Positions 19,983-29,041 of a stretch of 64,000 nt of DNA are shown here, piece by piece. A model generated the notes under the pieces. It saw only the letters and a program-made list of their open reading frames with translations. It did not search any database and was not told the origin of the DNA. Numbering within the stretch: position 1 is the stretch's first letter; the number at the start of each line of letters is the position of its first letter. A program made the position numbers and the translations under genes. The stretch spans positions 12,735 through 76,734 of the forward strand of contig WARW01000001.1 in NCBI GenBank assembly GCA_013387215.1. The letters are read 5' to 3'. The stretch comes from Patescibacteria group bacterium. GTDB lineage: Bacteria; Patescibacteriota; Microgenomatia; UBA12405.

Positions 19983-20722
19983 TACTTAATTCTACTCGTT
20001 ATTTGGCAATTATTAGTAAAACAGCCATAACCAATCTCATCACATTTCACTTTTATTCTTTTCCAATCTTCATCTTTATTTATTAAAGCTAAAACACTTG
20101 GATAAATTAAATTATTTTCCTTATATATGTGATAGCTCATTTTTTTAACGATTTGATCGGTTAAAATTCCAAAATTTTTCTTAAACTTATCAAACTCTTG
20201 GCTGATATTAGATTCGATTAATTCCAAAAGTTTATCCTTGTTTTCCCTCATTTTTTTATGCTCCTCTTCCATGATTTTCAATTTGTAGAAAGTGGCGATT
20301 TGTTTAAATTCCTCAAAAATAACCAATTCTTCTCTTAAATCATGAGTATTTGTTTCTTTTAATTTCATAACCACATTATTTAAAGTCGTCTTAAGGCCTT
20401 TGCTCATATTCTCATAAGTTTTTGTGTTTTGGACTTTTTCATTTACCAATTCAAGTTCATCCAAAAGATACATCATTTCTTCGTGTTCCAGGGCTAAAGT
20501 TTTGATCGGATGTTCTTCTGGCAGATCGGTAAATATTTCATTCATCCTGTCGCTTAAAGTGTTGATGTGGGCTGCATGCAGACTGTCCAGATCATCTTCT
20601 CCCAGTTTCCCCAAATCCGCTTCAATTTTCTTTAAAAGTTTTGAGTCCAGCTTCTGTTTGCTGGTAAATTTATTTAATTTGTCTACTAATTTTTTTAAGT
20701 CGTTTAAATTTAGTTTTATCAT
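19982..20722 (-). CDS. Hypothetical protein, possibly a hemerythrin-like/RIC-type metal-binding protein
   Basis: His/Glu-rich helical segments (HAAHIN, EHEEMMYLLDE, EEEHKKM). C-terminal Cys cluster. Sits downstream of the Rrf2 regulator. Low confidence. Confidence 0.3.
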   Translation of the reverse strand: MIKLNLNDLKKLVDKLNKFTSKQKLDSKLLKKIEADLGKLGEDDLDSLHAAHINTLSDRMNEIFTDLPEEHPIKTLALEHEEMMYLLDELELVNEKVQNTKTYENMSKGLKTTLNNVVMKLKETNTHDLREELVIFEEFKQIATFYKLKIMEEEHKKMRENKDKLLELIESNISQEFDKFKKNFGILTDQIVKKMSYHIYKENNLIYPSVLALINKDEDWKRIKVKCDEIGYGCFTNNCQITSRIK

Positions 20723-20726
20723 AATT

Positions 20727-21125
20727 TTATTGGTTCATCATTCTTTCTAATGTTGTATTTTTAAGCGTCACGTCGATTTCGTTTTCCAAAGTTTTAATTA
20801 TATTTTTCATATAACATTTCTTTGGGTTGCAGTAGAGTGCCTTGCCGTTAAAGCACTTCATCAATTTGGTTTCTCCCTGAATTGAATCCATGATTTGAAA
20901 TAAAGTCACTTCTTGGGGCTGCTTTATCAACTTAAATCCGCCAGTTGGTCCAAACTTGGAGTCAATAATTTTATCCTTCGCTAATTTTTGAAAAATCTTT
21001 GACAAGAGACTAATTGATAATCCCAATTTATTGGCTAAATTCTTGACATCAGTATATTCTTCTTTTTGATTAGCCAACCCAATTAATCCCAAAACAGCGT
21101 ACTCAGTTTCTTTCGTTATGATCAT
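20727..21125 (-). CDS. Rrf2-family transcriptional regulator (IscR/NsrR-like)
   Basis: N-terminal wHTH YAVLGLIGLA...LANKLGLSISLLSKIFQKLAK. Three C-terminal Cys (C..C..C) typical of the FeS-binding Rrf2 family. Confidence 0.75.
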   Translation of the reverse strand: MIITKETEYAVLGLIGLANQKEEYTDVKNLANKLGLSISLLSKIFQKLAKDKIIDSKFGPTGGFKLIKQPQEVTLFQIMDSIQGETKLMKCFNGKALYCNPKKCYMKNIIKTLENEIDVTLKNTTLERMMNQ

Positions 21126-21205
21126 ATATTTTTTAAATAAATAATCTAAGAGTAATTTACTCCTAGATTATTAACGAGTCAAGAGCTTAGTTATCTTTAA
21201 AACAA

Positions 21206-22351
21206 TTACTCTCTAATCGCTTGGGCAATCACACTAACCACACCTCGATCCAAAGGACTTGGCAAAATAAAATCGACTGTTAGTTCATTTTCTTTAACGT
21301 AATTTGCCAAAGCCACAGCGGCCGCTAGTTTCATTTTATCCGTTATCTTTCTGACCTTGTTGTCCAAAGCACCTCGAAAAACTCCCGGGAAAGCCAAGAC
21401 ATTGTTAATTTGATTTGGATGATCGCTTCTGCCCGTGCCCACAATAAAAGCTCCCGCTGACTTTGCCATTACTGGATCAATTTCAGGAATCGGATTTGCC
21501 ATGGCAAAAATAATTGGCTTTTCCGCCATCGAATTAACCATTTCCTCAGTGGCCACATTTGGCCCGCTGACCCCAATAAAAACATTTCGATTTTTCATTG
21601 CCGTTGCCAAATCTCCGCTCAAATTTTCCTTATTAGTAAATTCCAAAAATTCTTTTTTCTCGTTATTCAAATCAGTTCTGTCTTTGCTGATTATTCCTTT
21701 TGAATCGACCACAATTAAATCTTCAAAACCATACGCACACAAAAGTTTTGTGATTGCCGTTCCGGCTGCTCCCGCTCCGCACACCACAATTTTTGTATCT
21801 TTTGGTATCTTATTTGCCAATTTACAGGCATTAATCAATGCCGCTAAAACTACAATTGCCGTCCCGTGTTGATCGTCATGCATGACAGGGATATTCAAAA
21901 TTTCTTTTAATTTATTTTCAATATAAAAACATTTTGGTGCCGAAAAATCTTCCAAATTAATTCCGCCCAACCCTGGCGCAATATTTTTGACAATATTAAT
22001 AATTTCATCTGGGTCTTGAGTGTCCAAAACAATAGGGAAGGCGTCAACATTTCCAAACTCTTTAAACAATAAAGCTTTTCCTTCCATAACAGGAAGCGCT
22101 CCGTATGGCCCGATATTCCCGAGTCCCAAAACCGCCGATCCGTCCGAAACCACCGCTACCGTGTTACTTTTAATTGAATATTCGGAAGCTAGTTCTGGGT
22201 GTTGTCCCAAAAGTGTCGACACTGCCGCCACCCCAGGGGTGTATGCCACGCTCAAATCTTCTTTTGTTTTCAGTTCTTCAAATTTGCTTGCGATTGCAAT
22301 TTTACCTTTAAATTGTTTGTGTTTTTCGAGTGAAGTTTGAGAGTAATCCAT
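21206..22351 (-). CDS. NAD(P)-dependent malic enzyme (small-form malate dehydrogenase, decarboxylating)
   Basis: AYTPGVA, VVSDGSAVLGLGNIGP, Rossmann motif VVCGAGAAG. About 380 aa small-type malic enzyme. Confidence 0.85.
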   Translation of the reverse strand: MDYSQTSLEKHKQFKGKIAIASKFEELKTKEDLSVAYTPGVAAVSTLLGQHPELASEYSIKSNTVAVVSDGSAVLGLGNIGPYGALPVMEGKALLFKEFGNVDAFPIVLDTQDPDEIINIVKNIAPGLGGINLEDFSAPKCFYIENKLKEILNIPVMHDDQHGTAIVVLAALINACKLANKIPKDTKIVVCGAGAAGTAITKLLCAYGFEDLIVVDSKGIISKDRTDLNNEKKEFLEFTNKENLSGDLATAMKNRNVFIGVSGPNVATEEMVNSMAEKPIIFAMANPIPEIDPVMAKSAGAFIVGTGRSDHPNQINNVLAFPGVFRGALDNKVRKITDKMKLAAAVALANYVKENELTVDFILPSPLDRGVVSVIAQAIRE

Positions 22352-22380
22352 AATTGATTATACCTATTATTAATATTGCT

Positions 22381-24714
22381 TCATGGGTGAATTGGAACTG
22401 TACTAGAACCATTATTTTCAGTTTTTAATGGTTCCTCTAAAATTTTGTAATGTTCAGGGAATGTTACTTCTATCATTTCAAGAAGATATTTTATAATTTT
22501 CTGAGATTCAGGTATTAAACAAGGGTCAAATCCTTTACCTGTTATATGAGATTGGTCATTTACAAATTTATAAATAGCAGTAAGTTTGTTTTCGTCATTA
22601 AATTTATCTTTTAATGTTTCAAGTTTTTTGTACATATTATCATTGTTTGGAACTCTAAACATTAAAAAAGTATCAAGTAGTTTTCTTGCTATATTTGGTA
22701 AGTTATAAACAGAGGCGATCGTCCCATCTGATTTAAAAGTGTAAAGAGTTTTAAACAAATAAGTATATTCTGTCTCATGATCCTTTAAATCCTTATCTAA
22801 AATTGAAATGTAAGCAACCCGTCCCAGAGTAGAATCAGAATTATTAACCATATAATAACTCTTTGACCCTTGAACATTTGAGTTTTTCAACCAGTTTAAT
22901 AACAATCTCAAAAAATCAAAATTATGAGTTAATAAAAATACTTGGTGTGCATCTTTTACTGCATTTTTAAGGAAAGAAAAAGCTTGAAACAAAGAATTGG
23001 AATCTAGACTGGAAATTGGATCATCTATAACCACAATTCCATTTGATACATCAAAACTTTGATCTTTTAAATGAATTATAAAATAAACAAAAGCTATAGC
23101 GGTTTTTTCACCTTCACTTAAATATTTTGCAATTTGTCCATTTCTTTTAATTAAATATCCATCGTCAATTTCTTTTTGAATTCCGTTTTCTATTATTTTT
23201 CTAGTGCTCGGTTCAAATATTAGCTCATTTCTACCTAAATATATTTCTAGAAATTTATTGATTTCGTTACAAGCCTTATAAGAAGATGATATTAGGTTTC
23301 TATTGGTATCAATTCTTTCTTTTAGCTTTAAAACACCTATGTTATTTGGAATATTTTCATCACCATTGTTTAATATTGTTATCTCTGCATAGTAATCATT
23401 TATTTTGGAAGATATCTTATTAATATCATTATAGATAGAACTTAAATAATGAGTTTCTAATAATTTCTGTGCAGATTCTTTATTTAGCTTAAAGTTTTTA
23501 GTTTTATCATTGTGTTTGTTTATCTCGTCGTTTATTTTTTTTATCGACTCTGTATATTCAACAGTATTAATATCCATTTCAAATTTAATTAATTCTGCAG
23601 TCTTAGTTTTTTTACTTTTTAAAATTTCAATAATTTTATCTAAGTTATCTAATAAATTTTGTTTTTCAGTTTCATATAATTTTACTGATGACTGATAAGA
23701 AACTTGTAGTTCATCATATAAATTAGCCTTATCAATAGCCCTGATTTGATTTAATGAGTACTGAATATTAAGGATACGTTCTATTAAACCGTCTATCTTA
23801 CTTTTAAGTTCTAAATCTGCCTCATTAAAATATTTTGACAATTCTTTTACTCGTTCTTCCAATAAAGGTTGAGAACAAAACTCACACACTTTTGAATGGT
23901 GAATTTTGTGTAGCTCTATTCCTTTTTCAACCCATACTGACAAATCATTATTGATTCTTAGTCTTTCGATAATGATAGTATCAATTTTTGTTAAACATAT
24001 TTTTTTTGCATCTTCAAATATTTCTTTTAAAACATTTGCTAGTGTGATAGGTTTATTTTCTAGGTCGATCCATTTTATTTCCTTTAATTCTTCTAGGCAA
24101 TTTTTTTCTAGTTGTTTTAAAGTTAACAAATGAATTTTCAACTCTTTTTCAGTTAAAATTTTTGGTTCTTTTATTAATTCAAAGGATTTTTCCGCATCAG
24201 GTTTTCTATAGTTTCTACTTAATAGTCCTCCAGTATTTATACTAATTAAAGACGCAATGTCAGTAAACATTTTTCCTTTTTGTTTTTCTAAATCCAATAT
24301 TTTAGTATTATCTTCATTAATCTTTGCAGATTTTTCATTTAGTAATTTTTCATCAATATCAATTTGTTCAGCAATTAATTTATTTTCTTCACCAAGTATA
24401 TATATTGATTTAGCCCTTCCTGTAAGAACTTGGATGTTATTAGTTATATAGTCTTGATTAAAAACTCTAACTAATTGAGGAAATTTAGAACCATTCTTAA
24501 AAGTACCAATATCTGTTTCAATCTCATATTCTAAGTTAGGAAATTTTTGAGAGTATCCATTTTCTAAAGACTCAAAAAGGTTGGTTAATGTAGTTTTTCC
24601 GCTGCCATTCCATCCATAAAATAAATTGTATTTACTAAATTCTGGTAATGTTGAATTAACCAGATAGTCAGAAAATATTCCTAAGCCTTTTATCTTTTTT
24701 ATTTTTTTAATCAC
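22381..24714 (-). CDS. RloC/PrrC-like AAA_13 family ATPase. ABC-like ATPase head with coiled-coil insertion carrying a CxxC zinc hook. Putative defence or anticodon-nuclease-like protein.
   Basis: N-terminal IKKIKGLGIFSDY...FYGWNGSGKTTL (Walker A). Coiled coil with HHSKVCEFCSQPL hook. C-terminal signature-like LSEGEKTAIAFVYF, Walker B VVIDDPISSLD, H-loop LLTHNFDF. Confidence 0.6.
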   Translation of the reverse strand: MIKKIKKIKGLGIFSDYLVNSTLPEFSKYNLFYGWNGSGKTTLTNLFESLENGYSQKFPNLEYEIETDIGTFKNGSKFPQLVRVFNQDYITNNIQVLTGRAKSIYILGEENKLIAEQIDIDEKLLNEKSAKINEDNTKILDLEKQKGKMFTDIASLISINTGGLLSRNYRKPDAEKSFELIKEPKILTEKELKIHLLTLKQLEKNCLEELKEIKWIDLENKPITLANVLKEIFEDAKKICLTKIDTIIIERLRINNDLSVWVEKGIELHKIHHSKVCEFCSQPLLEERVKELSKYFNEADLELKSKIDGLIERILNIQYSLNQIRAIDKANLYDELQVSYQSSVKLYETEKQNLLDNLDKIIEILKSKKTKTAELIKFEMDINTVEYTESIKKINDEINKHNDKTKNFKLNKESAQKLLETHYLSSIYNDINKISSKINDYYAEITILNNGDENIPNNIGVLKLKERIDTNRNLISSSYKACNEINKFLEIYLGRNELIFEPSTRKIIENGIQKEIDDGYLIKRNGQIAKYLSEGEKTAIAFVYFIIHLKDQSFDVSNGIVVIDDPISSLDSNSLFQAFSFLKNAVKDAHQVFLLTHNFDFLRLLLNWLKNSNVQGSKSYYMVNNSDSTLGRVAYISILDKDLKDHETEYTYLFKTLYTFKSDGTIASVYNLPNIARKLLDTFLMFRVPNNDNMYKKLETLKDKFNDENKLTAIYKFVNDQSHITGKGFDPCLIPESQKIIKYLLEMIEVTFPEHYKILEEPLKTENNGSSTVPIHP

Positions 24715-24854
24715 AGTAATTCAATAATAATTATTTTTCACAAAAGTATCTCATATTTAAAAATAATAAATACAAGGAAAAATACGCCAAAGTTGTTCAT
24801 TTTTTGTTCATAATTCAGTGATATACAAAATATAAATTACAAATTAAATATACT

Positions 24855-25175
24855 GTGGTTAATATAAAAAAGTTTAAATGTGATCTGTGTGATAAAGAGA
24901 TAGAAATAAATTTCCTCGGAGATATGGAAAATTTTAATAAAGACCCAAAACTTTTAGAAGAATTAATAGATAAAGGAAAACATTATCATTGGATTTATAA
25001 TCATAGAAGATGTGCAATTTGTGGAAAATTAATAGAGTCTGAAGATTTAGATTTAATCAAAAATCAGCATGGAATTCGGATAAGTGAGAATTATATAAAA
25101 GAGACATTGCCAAAAGAAAGTAATGGTGAATTGCTCATTATACATAAAAAATGCTTTAAAAATCGGTCTAAATAA
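24855..25175 (+). CDS. Small zinc-ribbon protein (two CxxC pairs)
   Basis: CDLCDKEIE...CAICGKLIE...HKKCF. Confidence 0.4.
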   Translation: MVNIKKFKCDLCDKEIEINFLGDMENFNKDPKLLEELIDKGKHYHWIYNHRRCAICGKLIESEDLDLIKNQHGIRISENYIKETLPKESNGELLIIHKKCFKNRSK

Positions 25176-25203
25176 TAAAGTTAAAAAATAACTTTAATAA
25201 GAT

Positions 25204-25539
25204 TTACATTCTTCTCCACACCACCAACGCCAATCCAATCACAAAAATAATCGAAAAAATCGTTTTATTATTTCTAGCCACAAATTTTGGCAGGAAAATA
25301 TCAAATCCATCCTCATGATTTTTCGTATATTTATAAGCCACCAAAGTCAGAGGGCAGTGCCATTTGAAAAACAGCAAAACTAAAGATTCTCCTAAAATTG
25401 TCGCAATTGAAATATAAACCAAAAGATTTTGAATATTAAAAATTCCGGCGATCAAAATATAAACAATCATTGAAGCCATCACTGCCCAAATAGAAGTGTG
25501 CAGAATTTTTATTAACAACAGCTTTGTTTTAATATTCAT
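25204..25539 (-). CDS. Small integral membrane protein (3 TM)
   Basis: Hydrophobic helices. No other motif. Confidence 0.4.
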   Translation of the reverse strand: MNIKTKLLLIKILHTSIWAVMASMIVYILIAGIFNIQNLLVYISIATILGESLVLLFFKWHCPLTLVAYKYTKNHEDGFDIFLPKFVARNNKTIFSIIFVIGLALVVWRRM

Positions 25540-25578
25540 TTTTCTGAAAAATTAAATAAATAATTTAATAATTCGATA

Positions 25579-26442
25579 TTAAATTTCGTATTCTAGGGCC
25601 AATATCTTGAAACAAGTACCATATCTGGTCCCAACTCCAAATTGTTTTTTTACCGTACTATCGCCCATTTCCACAATAGGCATTATTACACCAAACTCTT
25701 CTTGTGAATTAAAATCTTTTTGACCGTCTGAATTTTCAATGGCATATTTTATAGAAGGATTTAATATAACTTTTCTACCCTTTGGGTCAGGAACTCTTGG
25801 AGCAATAGAAATTGTCATTTCTGTTTTTAAATCTGGTGTGTCACTCAACCAATCTTGTACTTGGCTTTTATTATCTTTATTGTATAAACGAATTGTCTTT
25901 AAATCACTATCAAAAACACTTAATCGATAATATGGTTGTGGGGCTAAACCAAATTTATATGACCCATATGTTAAGGCTAATGTAGGTGGTTTTTTGTTGT
26001 CAGGTTTAATTTGTACGCGAATTTTTAAGTTTGTTAATTGGGCAGGAAATTCTTCTTTTGTCCACATACTCCAAAATTCAAAGTTTTTTACAGTCGGACA
26101 ATAAAAGCCATCATTATCCATTCTAAAATTATCAATTATCCAATTCTTTTCATTAAAACTAGCCTTTACACCTTCTAAATTTTTTGGACCAGGTGTTTCT
26201 GGCGTACCAAGCACTTGGGGATTATTTGGACAAAATTGTTGTATTATCTGAGTTTGGTTTGAAACGAAAGCAGTAAATTTTTTTTCCAAATCTTTACTAT
26301 TCCAGTAATGAGCTAATATTATTAATCCAATAATAGGTATGTAATAAACAAAAATATAAAATAAAATCGTTTTAACCCAACCATACTTTTTTATGGAATT
26401 TTGAACCTCCTCTATTTTTGGCATTTGTAAATTGTCCACCAT
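25579..26442 (-). CDS. Hypothetical membrane-anchored extracytoplasmic protein
   Basis: N-terminal TM (ILFYIFVYYIPIIGLIILAHYW), then a soluble domain. Confidence 0.4.
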   Translation of the reverse strand: MVDNLQMPKIEEVQNSIKKYGWVKTILFYIFVYYIPIIGLIILAHYWNSKDLEKKFTAFVSNQTQIIQQFCPNNPQVLGTPETPGPKNLEGVKASFNEKNWIIDNFRMDNDGFYCPTVKNFEFWSMWTKEEFPAQLTNLKIRVQIKPDNKKPPTLALTYGSYKFGLAPQPYYRLSVFDSDLKTIRLYNKDNKSQVQDWLSDTPDLKTEMTISIAPRVPDPKGRKVILNPSIKYAIENSDGQKDFNSQEEFGVIMPIVEMGDSTVKKQFGVGTRYGTCFKILALEYEI

Positions 26443-26796
26443 TAATATAACTATATCTTATAAAATATTCTATTAACACCGACTGTTCATAATTGATACA
26501 ATAAATATCATTTAAATATATTACAAGTTATATTTTATTAAACACCAAAAAAATCCCCTCAATATAATTCCTGTCTTACGATACAAAATACCAAAGGACA
26601 ACAGAAATAGAATCAATAATATTTTGCGATTTAATCGATATTCAGTTTCTCAATGATTTCTATAACTTTATTAACAACAACTTTATCAATTTATTCATTA
26701 AATTATTGTAAATTATATATTTTTAAATTTTTCCAAAAAAATACCCGTCAAATATTTTGTCCGAAGACAAAACACCCAAACGGGTTTTCAAAAATT

Positions 26797-27279
26797 TCAA
26801 GAGTTTTCAATTTTCAGTTTTTTGATGGTTCTTTCCACCGCATCGGCCACCTTATCAACGTAAGAGAAAAACTTCTCATTTTCATTGAAAGTTGCATCCT
26901 GCAATCCTTCATCCACATATTGTCTTAATAATGGATTGGAAGTTGTTTTATCAAGCAATATTGGTCCACCGATCATGGCGATTGGATAAACATCAATTAA
27001 AGCTGTTTTTGTTGTCACCCAGGAATGTCTGTATGGTCCATAAACAAAATGTCCATCATGGACGGTCACTGGAAAAAATCTGGCAATGGCTCGGGCCAGC
27101 ATATGGCAGGAGACCAAAACTGGAATATTTCTGGCATCCAACCCTAAATTAACTTCCGGCATTTCCCAGATTACCTTTTGGATATTTGCAAAAAGTTTCT
27201 GGTCTTCTTGGTTAACCAATTTACATGCGTATGGTTTCATCGCATCTACCTCCTCAAATTTTTGATTATCAAAGTACAA
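26797..27279 (-). CDS. Hypothetical protein. The ORF begins with TTG.
   Basis: The reverse-complement start reads TTG TAC TTT GAT, so the true start is TTG or the internal Met. No domain recognised. Confidence 0.4.
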   Translation of the reverse strand: MYFDNQKFEEVDAMKPYACKLVNQEDQKLFANIQKVIWEMPEVNLGLDARNIPVLVSCHMLARAIARFFPVTVHDGHFVYGPYRHSWVTTKTALIDVYPIAMIGGPILLDKTTSNPLLRQYVDEGLQDATFNENEKFFSYVDKVADAVERTIKKLKIENS

Positions 27280-27295
27280 TCTTGTTTAAAATTAT

Positions 27296-27343
27296 TTTTA
27301 GAGATTTTTCTAAAACCTTCTTAAACAGGAATGCCGTATTATA
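27296..27343 (-). promoter_or_regulatory. Promoter (-10 TATAAT at 27338-27343 on the minus strand; -35-like TTGATC) plus palindromic operator TTTTAGA-N6-TCTAAAA (27296-27315). Copy 1 of 3.
   Basis: The reverse complement of ggaatgccgtattatacacc gives gGTGTATAATacggcattcc. A perfect 7-bp inverted repeat with 6-bp spacer lies between the -10 and the start codon. Confidence 0.5.
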
Positions 27344-27440
27344 CACCAAATTAAAAATAATGATCAAAAAAAAGCCCCGATTTGTATTTATTGTTTTTTA
27401 CAATAAAACCGCGATCGGAGCAGTCAATTTTAAAAGAGAT

Positions 27441-28235
27441 CTAAATGAATTCCTGATTCTGCAAACTTCCTAAAAGTTTATATACTGCCTCCTCGTACAG
27501 GGGATGATCATCACCCAACGTCTTCATTCTGGTAATAAATTCTTGGGTTTCTTCCTCAGTCGGAATTTCACATTTTGTCACATTCCTGTCATATGGAAAA
27601 TAAATTCTATTGGCTGAATCTTCGGTAAGCTTCAAAGCATTTTCCGGGCAGCCCTCAAACTCGACAAGAAATTGTCCCAAAAGTTTGGTTGTTCCTTCAA
27701 CAGGGCCGGGTATTAAAGACTTAATGTAATACAATTCCTGTTGTCCTTCTTGGGCGTTTTTAATATACCCGTAAGCATTTGTGCCTCTGGCGCTCAAAGT
27801 TACTTTAATAATTGCATTGTCTTTTGGTAATTTGACCTCTTCAATCTCTAAACTTTCCTCTGGAGCGCTTCTTTGTTTGTCTACGTCTAAAAGTATTTTT
27901 TCGATTAATTCCTTATACTGGGGATTATATTCTTCCATTGTTTCCATATGGCTCACAAATTCGCCGATTTCCTTTTTTGTTGGTTGGCTGTAAAACTTTA
28001 CTCTGGAATCTCCGGGGAAATAAACTCGATTTGTGCTGCCTGGTGCCAGCTTTAAAGCTAGCTCTGGGCACTCAATAAACTCGTGTAAAAACTGTCCTAA
28101 AAGCATGGTTTCTTGGGTAATCGAACCCTCACGTACTTGGTCAATAAAATAAGCTTCTTTCCGATCCCTCATTGTTAAAACCACCAATGTTCTTTGCTTT
28201 GGTATAAACGGATTTTTCCTTACCATTTTATCCAT
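27441..28235 (-). CDS. Hypothetical protein composed of two tandem homologous domains
   Basis: Internal duplication: FLHEFIECPELALKLAPGSTNRVYFPGDSRVKFY...KKEIGEFVSHMETMEEYNPQYKELIEKIL is echoed by FLVEFEGCPENALKLTEDSANRIYFPYDRNVTKC...EEETQEFITRMKTLGDDHPLYEEAVYKLL. Confidence 0.45.
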   Translation of the reverse strand: MDKMVRKNPFIPKQRTLVVLTMRDRKEAYFIDQVREGSITQETMLLGQFLHEFIECPELALKLAPGSTNRVYFPGDSRVKFYSQPTKKEIGEFVSHMETMEEYNPQYKELIEKILLDVDKQRSAPEESLEIEEVKLPKDNAIIKVTLSARGTNAYGYIKNAQEGQQELYYIKSLIPGPVEGTTKLLGQFLVEFEGCPENALKLTEDSANRIYFPYDRNVTKCEIPTEEETQEFITRMKTLGDDHPLYEEAVYKLLGSLQNQEFI

Positions 28236-28313
28236 TCAAATATCTCCTTTCATTTTAAAAGTGCTGACCTCAATTTTTGCTTTCAAAAATCGTTTCCTTT
28301 TAAGGAATGCCGT

Positions 28314-28385
28314 ATTATACATCAAAAAAAAGCCCCAAAAACTAATTGTAAAAATACAATTAATTGTTCAGGGCTAATGCTGCAA
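28314..28385 (-). promoter_or_regulatory. Terminator hairpin (GC clamp plus T-run) of the downstream phosphatase gene, followed by copy 2 of the conserved -10 element (ggaatgccgtattatacatc).
   Basis: The minus strand reads agccc...ggggcttttttttgat. The same 20-nt promoter block appears as in copies 1 and 3. Confidence 0.4.
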
Positions 28386-28406
28386 TTAAAAAGAGAAACC
28401 GTTCAA

Positions 28407-28895
28407 TTAAATTAATGACAAAGTTTTATTTTCGCAGTCAATAAGCCAGGCTCTGCCTTTATCAATCATATGCGATTGTAAACCGATGCCGAATTCTTCT
28501 TTGGAAAAATAATAGGGAAATCCTTCCGCAAGTCCGCAATGAGTCACCAACACCAGCACTTCAGTTTCGTTGGCATATTCTCTGACCAGTTTCAGTGTAC
28601 TTGGGAAATCATCTTCAGGGCTTAAGTCCGCCAATAAAGTACTTTTCTCTTCAATATCACATCCGGTAAATAGACCGATAATTAAAGCAGTTTCTTTGGT
28701 TCGGATAGACGGTGAGCAGAGTATCGTTATTTTTTTATCCTGTTCGAGCGCTAATATTTTATCTGCCAGTGCCATAACTTTAAGTTTTCCATCATTGCTC
28801 AAATGTCCATTTTCTTGAAAATCACCATGTCTCGCAACTATTAAATACTTCATAACCCATTCTCCTTTCAGTTTTGCCTCTCTTTTTATTGTCAA
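28407..28895 (-). CDS. Histidine phosphatase family protein (phosphoglycerate-mutase-like / SixA-like)
   Basis: RHG catalytic motif LIVARHGDF. SPSIRTKETA. The likely true start is MKYLIV (about 28853). Confidence 0.6.
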   Translation of the reverse strand: MTIKREAKLKGEWVMKYLIVARHGDFQENGHLSNDGKLKVMALADKILALEQDKKITILCSPSIRTKETALIIGLFTGCDIEEKSTLLADLSPEDDFPSTLKLVREYANETEVLVLVTHCGLAEGFPYYFSKEEFGIGLQSHMIDKGRAWLIDCENKTLSLI

Positions 28896-28923
28896 AGATC
28901 TCTTTCTAATCTAAAAATAATAT

Positions 28924-28971
28924 TTTAGAGTTTTTTCTAAAACTATCTTTAAAAAGATTATCGGTATTATA
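28924..28971 (-). promoter_or_regulatory. Promoter (-10 TATAAT at 28966-28971 on the minus strand) plus palindromic operator TTTTAGA-N6-TCTAAAA (28924-28943). Copy 3 of 3.
   Basis: Same motif block as copy 1: ttttagagttttttctaaaa ... ttatcggtattatacacc. Confidence 0.5.
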
Positions 28972-29041
28972 CACCAAATTGTTTGATATTGCCGAGATTA
29001 TAGGATATAATAACGAACTTAAATAAGCTTACACAGCATTT

